Part shown: positions 54,242 to 64,000 of the stretch, in pieces
Position numbering within the stretch: the first letter of the stretch is position 1
Layout: every line of letters begins with the position of its first letter
Assembly (NCBI GenBank): GCA_002104905.1
Contig: MCFE01000417.1
Span: 14,852-78,851, forward strand
DNA from: Basidiobolus meristosporus CBS 931.73
Lineage: Eukaryota > Fungi > Basidiobolomycota
Direction: 5' to 3'
Length of the DNA: 64,000 nucleotides
Notes under the pieces: model-generated
Told to the model about the DNA's origin: nothing
The model's input: only the letters and a program-made list of their open reading frames with translations
Database searches by the model: none
Program-made: the position numbers and the translations under genes

Positions 54242-54248
54242 TATAAAA
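54242..54248 (+). promoter_or_regulatory. TATA box candidate for the P450 gene
   Basis: TATAAAA starting 35 bp upstream of the ATG at 54277. Confidence 0.5.
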
Positions 54249-54276
54249 CCCTTCATAGCCAGTCCCACCTGCAGCA

Positions 54277-55953
54277 ATGATGTTAGCGTTGTTACTCCTT
54301 GGTGCTGTGCTCCTTCTACTCTGGGATAGATACTTCAGACAGTATCCGTATATACCTGGCCCGAAAGGTATCCCCATATTTGGGAACCTTTTCCAACTGC
54401 GCTTCACCCATTTTTCTAGGGATCTTGAGGGCTGGGCGTGGAAGTATGGCACAGTCTTTCGCCTGAATATGCTCCACAAGCCGTTTCTAGTGATATCCGA
54501 CATCCAAATGTGCCATGAAATTCTGAAAGCAAGGCCTGATGGGTTCTCCCGAGGACTTGGCTTGGCCAAAGTTGCCGAAGGGCTTGGATTCAACGGGCTC
54601 TTCTCTCAGGAAGGAGAGGAGTGGAGGCACTCAAGATATTGGATAGCCACTGCCTTCTCCCCAACCAAAGTGCGTGACTTCAAAAAGTGTGTATGGCATC
54701 ACTCCAAGACCCTGCAGGAGAAGCTTCAAGAAATTGCCGAGAAGCAGGCCAAGATACTAGCCTCCAAGCACACCGATACTGAGTGTGCAGCCAATACGAA
54801 ATTCCCCATAAGGAATGGCTACGACGGCAATGACCTGACGGACCACATCCTACAGGAGATTCAATCGACCGTTCTCTCAATTGTATGTGACGTTGCGTTC
54901 TCGTGGGGAGAGGAGAACTTCCTTTCACGTGACACGTTGTCTCGAAGCAAGATTTACCTCAGCCGTATATTTGAGCGCGCCTTTGCCTTGCTCCCTACCT
55001 GGAAGGTCTACAAGTGCGAAAAAGATCGTATCGCAGAGAGCATGAAAGCCGAGTTTAATTGCCGTATTCAAGCATTAATCGACAGTGCTGCCCAATCTAA
55101 GGGAAAGCAGGATTCGCGAACTTTGCTCGATGTATTGGTGAGGAGCACACTTGAGACTGACGGGGAGGCCAGCGATCCATCGGAAAAGCGTCGTCGTATG
55201 CACCGCCTTACAAATGACCAACTGAAGGCCAATCTGCTGACAGTAGTAATGGCGGGATACGGTAAACAGCTCCACTTCATATGCTCCCATCTAACCGCAC
55301 AACCCTAATCTTGGAATCTCATAGAAACTACGGCAACGGTGATGAGTTGGGTCCTATTCGAACTAGCCAGAACCCCCACATACCAAGAGAGAATACGGGC
55401 TGAGGTGAAGCAGGTGCTTGGTGATGTCAACCGGTTGGACATAGGTTCTGATTTGAACGTCGACAAAGCACTCAACTCACCAGAGGCGTACCTCCCATTT
55501 ACCAATGCATTTATCCAGGAATCCCTGCGCATCCACTCGGTAGCACCAACCATTGAGCTTACTGCACTAAGAGACCATGATATTCGGGGAGTCAGAATCG
55601 CCAAAGGAACAGAAGTAGTTCTGCTTTCCCGTGCGGCAACCCTGCGATCATGGCCTACTGCAGACCCATTTAAGTTTAACCCCGAGCAGTGGCTAGGGGA
55701 AAATGGGGAGAGCGAGAGCCAAATCAAATTAATGAGCCAGGTTGGTCTCTCATTTGGCTACGGCCCCCGAGTATGTCCAGGTCGGCATCTAGCGGAGACC
55801 GAGCTGGTCGTCTTGATCTCCCTGATCACCACTAACTTCAAGCTGTCATTGATCGACACGCCACCTGCAGAGGAGCCAGTCATGGAGAAGGTGATATTCA
55901 CCGCTTATCCAGCAAACGTCCATATTCGTATTGAGCCTTACAGAGCCAACTGA
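54277..55953 (+). CDS. Cytochrome P450, single intron 55262-55324
   Basis: N-terminal TM anchor plus PGPKGIPIFGN; I-helix AGY|ETT restored by splicing; ExxR (QESLR); PEQW; heme motif FGYGPRVCPG. Confidence 0.95.
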
Positions 55954-57408
55954 CAATAAGCTATATGAGATCCGAGTTTAATATGAAGCAGTGTCTTGAA
56001 AATCCCTCTATTGCCGTTCAACGCAATAAACTAGCGTCCAAATCACATTGAATAAAGGAATGGTGTTGAAATATCTACCGAGGGTGGCTACCATTAAGTA
56101 TGCGTTGAAAGGGGGCTTCCATTATGGGCTTCAGAGTACGTCTGAAAGGTTTCACGACTCTGAACAGATAGTAGCAACTAGTAGCAAAGATGCCATGCGA
56201 TTTTGTAGGAGCAAACCGTCTCCATAGTCGTGACGCGTACTTGTAGATCATAGAAATATAGGATTGGAAGTATTGAGATCACGTCTCAACTTGATGCTGT
56301 ATATACGCTAGTATGAAACTCAACTCCAGGCTTCGATGAGTCTAACAGTAATCTGCGGAGAATCTGTTATTTTACTATTTCCTGAATCGGCGGTGAAGAC
56401 AAGGTGCACTGAATTCACTAAGCGTAGTAATAAATCGGAATAGTATTTATCTGAGAGTGTAGATAAAGGTCAATCGCCACCACGCGAAGCTTCGCATTAG
56501 GTATGGTGCTGTAGAGAAGCACCATGGGAATATGACATTCAGGATGCAATGCCAACTGATCACATACTAACAGACCACTCTTACTATGGTGACATACACC
56601 TTTAGCTTGTATATGATATATATCGTGAACGATACGCGTAGTGACAACGTTGCATAGTCCAAGGTAAAGCAGTTGTAACTACCTCAATGAGTAGTGGCCA
56701 GCACTGATACAGGCTGGAATATGTGTGTCGCCTGTGTGCCCATCTCTGTTACCTAAAGTCATGAAGTCAGCAGGTTGAATGGTTCCGATTTGATTTGGCC
56801 TACGGCAAAGGCATTATTTACAGGAATGCCAGGAGACAAGAGGGAGGACCTTGAGGTGGGCAGACCGGAATAAACACCTTCAAGCCCAACGTGTTTACTG
56901 TTTAAATTCTAAAAAGGTATCGGCAGTGATCCGGAGAAATAGAAGATCTGTGCAATATTTGGTTATTAGTTCTTAAAAATTCAAGAATATATTTATGTAT
57001 ATATACTAATGGAACCATACCAGATCAATGGAACAAGTGCTTGTTACTAGGGCCAGAGGTAATGCTCAGAGCTTAGAGCCGCATCCAGATTACCCCAATG
57101 GCCTTTGGGACTTCACTTGCTTGATAACTTACAAACAAAACCTTAAGTCTATTAGCTAAGTATTGATCAGAGTATGCTAACAAGTTACATGCTAAATCAT
57201 CTAAGTTGGAATGATAACAAGCATTGGGAGGAGGAGCTGTGAGCACAGTTGATTTATGAAAGGATCTGCTAATGCTGCAGTCTCCATGAGCAACTGGTAG
57301 GGAACCTAGGGATCTGAGTACCCTATGAAAAATAATCTGATCCTGCAGGTGAATCAGATCCAGATCAGCTGTGAGGGCACCACTATAATACCAGCAAGTT
57401 GGAATCCC

Positions 57409-57795
57409 TGTTGTAAGAGTTTTGGAAATATTGGAAGTAATTTGCAGTACAACAATAACTAAAATGTAGGGGTTGGCATAGTTGAGAATATTTCTGTTAC
57501 AAGAGTCTTGGAGACATAGGAAGTGATTAAGCAAACAAGTAGATTATCAGGTTTTCACTTAATGGTTTATTGAATGTAAAAGTAGTATTTATACTTTTAC
57601 ATGGTCTTGGCACAACAGGTATGCAGAATATATTTATAAAGGTCCCATGAGCATGTGTGCAAAGTTTGGAGCTGTTTAGACAACTTTGAGAATTTTCATG
57701 TTCTGGGACCCTAATGTTTTTGGTGAAGATTTTTTAAGTAAATCTCAACAAGGAATTTGGCCAGTATTCACTAGAATTTGTAGGTAATGATTAAT
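57409..57795 (-). mobile_element. Copia family A LTR fragments (short piece at 57409, longer piece 57495-~57795)
   Basis: Homologous to 29044-29391 and 58546-58894. Confidence 0.75.
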
Positions 57796-58545
57796 ACAAC
57801 TAGGGTGTTGGTGTTACAGTAAGGGCTAGGAAAAGGTTAGAAGATCAGGGGGTCTGGGGAATGCAGTCCCTTAGAGAATAAAAAAGCAGGGGGTTTGGGG
57901 GATACAATCCCCCATACTGCTTCCATACTCTTTGAAATCCCTTTGGATTACTTTTCTCTCATTCTTGTTTCTGGTCACTTTGGGTTGCAATTCCTCCTTC
58001 TAACCCTTATCACCCTAATCATAAATAATTTTGTCCTACAATTGGCACATTGTCTGGTCAAATAGTGGGCATGGCTGGGCCAAAATTGGTCTTCCTACAC
58101 TTTCTGTATGCTCTGTATAAGTCTTGATGATTGTATAATTAATAAATTGTTACTTTTGATGCTATATCTCATGATTAATGGGAATCATCCCAATCTGGCC
58201 ACAATCCCATATTTTAATAAGCTTTGGGCACCATAAATTGCATGGCCCTAATATGATAAAAAATTCATGGCCAATGCAAATTTTCTGTAACCCAATTGCT
58301 TTTATTTGATATAAAGTGTATTCCAAAGTTCAATATATATCAAAGCTAAAATAAAAACTTTGTTTGACACCATTGTAACTACTACTTGTGTTCCATGTGC
58401 ACATGTATCCTGTGGGAGTCATCTATCATCAGCTGCACAGTAATAGCATGCTTTTATTTTTCATCATGCTAGTTTTGCTTGAATACCTAACACACTTCAA
58501 AGTGCACAGTAACCATACCCAACAGGTTTTAAGGTACTCACTTGC

Positions 58546-59558
58546 TGTTGTAAGAGTCTTGGCAATATTGGAAGTGATTGGGAGAACAAGTAGATTATTT
58601 GGTTTCCACTCAATGATTTATTGAATGTAAAAGTAGTATTTATACTTTTACATGGTCTTAGCAGTGCAAGCTTGTAGAATAGATTAAGGAAGGTCCCAAG
58701 AGCATGTGTGCAAAGTTTGGGGCTGTTTGGACAACTTTGAGAATTTTCATGTTCTGGGTACCTGGTATTTTGGTGAAAATATTACAAGTAAATCCCAACA
58801 AGGAATTTGGTCAGTATTCTCTAGGATTTGAGGGTAATGATCTAAGTGACTAAGTTAGGTGAATATTTAGGTGGAATCACAAATTTTTACAACACTCCCG
58901 CTCAGCTAAATGCTCATACTGACTAGTCCTAACTTTGACCTAGAATATTCAAACTTGTCTCTAGCTAATGGTTTGGTAAATATGTCTGCAATCATTTCAT
59001 CTGTAGGACAGTAAACTAAACTAACTAAGTTATTCTCTATAGCTTCACATATGAAACAATGTCTGATATCTATGTGCTTGGTTTTAGCATGAAAAGTTGG
59101 ATTTCTACCTAATTGTTTACATGCTTGATTATCTTGAAATAAAGTAATAGGCATTTTTTGACATAGGCCTAAATCTGTAAGAAGCTTTCTTAGCCACATT
59201 ACTTCTTTTGTAGCTTCACAGGCTGCCATATACTCTGCCTCTGTGGTAGATCTTCTGTCTTCTAAATTTGGTCCCCAATCAGCATCAGAGTATCCCATAA
59301 GATCCTGGTCTGAATCCTTATAAGTGTATTTTAAGCAGATATCAGCAGTTCCTTTTAGGTATCTAAAAATCTGCTTAACTGCTGCAATATGATCTGAACC
59401 ATAGTTCTGATTATGTTGGCTGACAACTCCCACTGAATATGCAATATCTAGCATGTTCCAAGCATGGTATACATCAGACTGCTGACCATAGATTGATAAG
59501 GAAAGTCAGGGCCTTCAGATGGCACCTAGCTGTCTTGATTTGGATGAGTTTTGACCAA
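58546..59558 (-). mobile_element. Copia family A 3' fragment: RT end/RNase H (58906-59454), PPT, intact 3' LTR 58546-58894; cut by the G3 LTR
   Basis: GYSDADWG...STTEAEY...HAKTKHIDIRH...ADIFTKPL; PPT GAGCGGGAG then TGTTGTAAAA on the minus strand. Confidence 0.9.
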
Positions 59559-62500
59559 TGTTGTGCATCAACATTTAAAACTTAGCCAATTTTACTCCGT
59601 TTGAAAATCTAGTACTCTAACTGATTTTCCCTAACCCAAACATAACAAATCCCAGTTACAGTTTATTTTATCCCACCTCAGAATCTATTTTTAGCTATCA
59701 CACCTCATCTATTTTCAAATGGTCATTACGTTATCAACCTATCTGCCAAGCCTTCCCAGGTGATTAGTCATCTGAGATCTATCCAACCACTGTGCAGTTG
59801 CCAAGACATCAGTTGATTGATGATGTAATTTTCATTTATCTTATGCACCTATGAACACCCAAATTGATTTCAATCAATCCAGTCCCTTGGCGCTGACTAA
59901 TTCAACTTGATCAGAAAAGTATAAATAAAGTTTACTGAACCTTTTGGTTTAGTGTGTGTCTCAACGAAATTAAGATTCTGTCTCAGCAAAAATAAGAATC
60001 CAACAATTCCGTTCTAGTTTCTATCCAAGCCTAGTATATCTAGCACTCCAAAGAACACCAAGCCTAGCCTGCCTAGCAAACAAATATCATTGCCTTTATA
60101 GCCAACCCAGCTATATCCAAGACCAATATTAGATCAGAATCTTTCTGCTAATATTTCCGCCACTCTCTGACAATTCTAAGATTCTGCACTTAATTGTCCC
60201 TTTGGTTCAGTTAAACCATTCAAGAGTTTTATTACACTTTCTCTTGGATACAACATTTTTTTTGTTGAATTCCATTACATTCAGCCGATTAGAAGATGTC
60301 CTCAGCAGCAAGCAATCCAAACCTTTCCATGTTGGAAGAAGCCGGAAGAAATCAGGAAGAACTTACTGAACAGCTTGAAAACATCATGCTTGAAAGAAAT
60401 ACCATGATGATTGAGCACTCAAAGCTTGCCAAAACAAGATCTGATAATCACCGTAGAGATGAACTCCTTGAAGTTATATCCGGTTACCAAGATGAAATTG
60501 GAATAATTAAGGAAGCACTGGAGAATATTGCCATAGTAATTGACAGCATTGAAAATCCACCAAGCCTTGCTCTGCATCAGCCACCAAGAAGTCATGCCTT
60601 TGAATCCTCCAGATCTACATCTCCTTCTAGACCTGCCCCAGTGGTTGTCCCAAGATCCCTGCCTGTTTATGCTGAAGGCACCAATGCCATCAAGAATCCA
60701 ACTGAGTTTCTTTACAAGTTTAGTCACGTCTTAGCTGCACACCAGCTCGACCCTGACACCAACTGGGCTAGACTTCTGCCTCTCTGTCTCACAATGCAAG
60801 ATGCTGACTGGGTTGAAGTGAACATTCCTTCCAATAGTACGTGGAAAATTGCCCAAAACCTCTTTTGTAGCCATTTTGAAGATCCTCTCAAGAAAGCACA
60901 TCTGAACTGCAACTTATGGAAAACTAAAATGCAAAAAGGTGAATCTGTGCAACACTTCTGTGATAGATTCCAAAGACAAATGAGATTAGCTGGAGTTAGT
61001 GATGATAATCCATCGCTTACTGCTCATTTTCTTTCAAACTTTTCACACCAGCTACAGAGCAATATTGCTATTGTCAAAGCATGCAACCCTGCACGTACCT
61101 ATGACCAGATCTCAGAGATATGTACACTGGCAATCACCTTGACTGCAGCTGTTAGCCAGACTTCAGGCAGCTCAACCCAATACCCCATAACAGCCGGAAA
61201 AGAGACCAGTCATGTGACCAAGAAGCAGTCAACCGCTACTAAGCACTGTGAGCTTCATGGAAAATGCTATCATTCTACCAGTGAATGCAAAGGCATCACC
61301 AAGCAGTCAAACAAGTCAGGAAACACCGCAGAAAAGCAGCAAAACACCAAAACTGATAATCCATATGCTGATGACAAGTGCTTTAAATGTGGAAATAGGG
61401 GACATAGATCACCTGCCTGTCCTGAGAAGAACTCCACACCATCAGCCAAAATTACCCAGATCCTTGATGATCATTCAGCCAATGATACAATGGGGTATGA
61501 AGAAGCATATGAAGAACTTACAGTTCAAGATTATCACAACCTCTTTGAGTTTCCGGCTAAAATTGCAACTGTCCAAGAAAAGAAGCAACCAATCACACAG
61601 CTCAAAGCCATAGAAGTGCCACTCACCCTCAATGGCCAATCATACGTAGCACTACTGGATACTGGATCATCCAACTCTATTGTATCACCCAATGTAGTCA
61701 GAGAACTCAATTTGGAGATAGAAAAACGACCAGGAAAAATCATTCTTGCAGCTAAGGATCTCTCAGCCCCAAGAATTGGCATTACCAACCCAATCAACAT
61801 ACATTGTGGCTCAGTAACCATAATCCATCAGATGGAAGTGATTGACATACCAGATGGACCTCAGGTAGTCATTGGTCTGGACACCTTCACCAAACTTGGC
61901 TTTCACATAGGCGGACTACCAGTTTCCTATCCAGGAATCACTAAATCTCAGCTGCTCATAATGGATCAAATCCCAGAGATTATCTCATCCCAACCGGAAG
62001 AAGAAGAGTTAACCCCAACTTTTCAAGAATATTCTCAATCAGTCAAATTAGATATTCAGCCGGCCATAGAGAGAAATCAGGCCATTCCAAGGAACAGCTT
62101 CTGCACCATCCCAGAGTCCATTGTTACACTAGAGACCCCACCTGGTGAGTCAACATGGAGGAGGCAATACCCAATTCCGCATTCATGTCAACACTTAGTT
62201 GATGAGATAGTCCAAAAATGGGCTGACAATGGAATTATCACTCAAGCCCCTGTCAACACAACATTCAACAGCCCTTTGACGCTTGCACCAAAGAAAGATG
62301 CTGATGGAAATCTAACCCTGAAGAGACCCTGTTTGGACCCCAGACCTCTGAACAAGCTTCTCCAAGATGACAAGTTTCCAATTCCAAGAATCCAAGATAT
62401 CTTTTCCGCACTATCAGGAGCAAAAGTATTCTCCAAGTTGGACTTGAAGGATGCATATCACCGATTCCAGATCCATCCTGATCATCAGCATAAGACTGCC

Positions 62501-64000
62501 TTTACTTGGAATAATATGCAATGGATGTTTCAGGGAGCTCCCTTTGGCCTAAAGACACTTACCAGCAAGTTTCAGAGAGTCATGACTATAATACTCAAGA
62601 ATGCACCATACGCATTGGTATTTGTTGATGATGTCATCATATTTTCCACTAACCGTGATGATCATGCAACCCATGTCACTGATGTAATCAACAGACTGAC
62701 AACTGCTGGACTGATTCTCAATGCTGAAAAGTGCAGTTTTGCCCGCCTCAAAATCAATCTACTTGGATTTATAGTCACACCAGCTGGCCACCAATTAGAT
62801 CCTTTCAAACTGGTCAATATCCCAGAATGGCCAAAACCCACTAGCGCCAAGCAACTTCAACATTATCTTGGAGTATTCAACTATTTCAGGGAACACATAC
62901 CACTCATGTCCTCATTGAGTGCCCCTTTAGATGCATTACGCCATAGCCCTGATCTCACCTCAGCCTGGAACAAGACTCATGACCAAGCCTTTGAGTCACT
63001 CTGCCAACTGCTTCCACAAGCACCCACCTTATCCTACCCAGACTTTACTAAGCCCTTTGTTGTTGCTACGGATGCATCTAATGTTGGGTTAGGGGCAGTC
63101 CTCTATCAAGATGAAGACCAAAATCCGCCTCACTGGATCTCTTTCCAAGCCAGGTCCCTACAACCTGCTGAGAGAAACTACTCTGCTACCAAGAAGGAGC
63201 TACTTGCCATAGTCTTTGCCTTGAAGAAGTTTCATCAGTATCTATGGGGTAATCCTTTTACCTTGTACACTGACCACCGAGCCCTTGTCTATATCCACAC
63301 TCAGAAGACTCTGACTCCAATGCTTACCAACTGGCTTGATACTCTACTTGATTATGAATATACAGTTATTCATTGCCCAGGAATTCTCAACATCCTTCCT
63401 GACCACCTGTCAAGACTTTTTCCAACTTCACCTTGGGAGGGACATGTGATTACTGATGTAATCAGTAAACTCTCTACAACTTCCAAAATAATTCCTCAAC
63501 TGGATTCAGCAACTTGGAAAATCCCACCTGAAGAACAAAGGAAAACATTGATACAGAGGAGTCATTTACTTGGCCACTTTGGAGCTGACACACTTATGAA
63601 GAAGCTACACTCTGATGGATATCACTGGCCAAATATCAAAGTTGACTGCTTAGAATTTGTCAAGTCATGCAGAGAATGTCAACTTTACAATATCAGCCAC
63701 CATGAGATTTCACCCTTTGAGCCCCATCCATGCAAGCCTTCCTATGGATCATATTGCAATTGATCTAGCTGGACCTTTCACCACTAGTGATGATGGTAAT
63801 CACTACCTCTTTGTAATTGTGGATGTCTGCACACGTTTTGTCTTCCTCAAAGCTATCCCAGACAAGTATGCTGCCACTATTGCACAAGAACTATTCAAGC
63901 TCTTCTGCCTTTTTGGATTCCCTAAGGTCATTCAATCGGATAATGGAACAGAAATTTGTGAATCATGTGATCAAAGCCCTTTGCCAGAATAGCGCCATTG
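59559..64000 (+). mobile_element. Ty3/Gypsy element G3, 5' LTR 59559-60255, runs off the window
   Basis: 697-bp TG...CA LTR with TATAAATA at 59920, followed 40 bp later by a long gag-pol ORF. Confidence 0.93.
60296..64000 (+). CDS. G3 gag-pol (1155 aa open to 63763; integrase core continues in the 63657-63992 frame after a 1-nt frameshift, with a second frameshift near 63955)
   Basis: CFKCGNRGHRSPAC; LLDTGSS; FVDD; ATDASNVGLG; HLLGHFG...CREC; IAIDLAGP...QSDNGTE. Confidence 0.92.

Noticed and set aside
63690-63960. Frameshifts in the G3 integrase as programmed recoding
   Set aside because: Both are single extra bases inside the integrase domain with no slippery heptamer or gag-pol boundary. 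Mutation or sequencing error is more likely.

Overview
Eukaryotic genomic DNA, most likely from an early-diverging (non-Dikarya) fungus. This is an inference from short GT-AG introns with CTAAC/CTGAC branch sites, a Fus3/Kss1-type MAPK, a fungal Clr2-like domain and a nicastrin gene. The window has three compartments. (1) 1-~33,300: an AT-rich, almost CpG-free nest of LTR retrotransposons. It holds a full-length Ty3/Gypsy (8510-13448, 4-bp TSD) plus four decayed relatives, three Ty1/Copia families, a second Gypsy (21034-28578, TSD GTTGG) inserted into a Copia gag and carrying an extra ~413-codon ORF between integrase and 3' LTR, and an unidentified two-copy repeat with a decayed Myb/SANT-like ORF. 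(2) ~33,400-56,900: a CpG-rich, intron-dense gene block with DNA ligase I, Fus3/Kss1 MAPK, Nup2/Nup50, a Clr2-N-domain protein, nicastrin, RPB3, N-myristoyltransferase and a one-intron cytochrome P450. (3) ~57,000-64,000: Copia remnants and the 5' part of a third Gypsy lacking a tRNA PBS (candidate self-primer). All coordinates and mismatch counts were read by eye and may be off by a few bases. No database searches were run.
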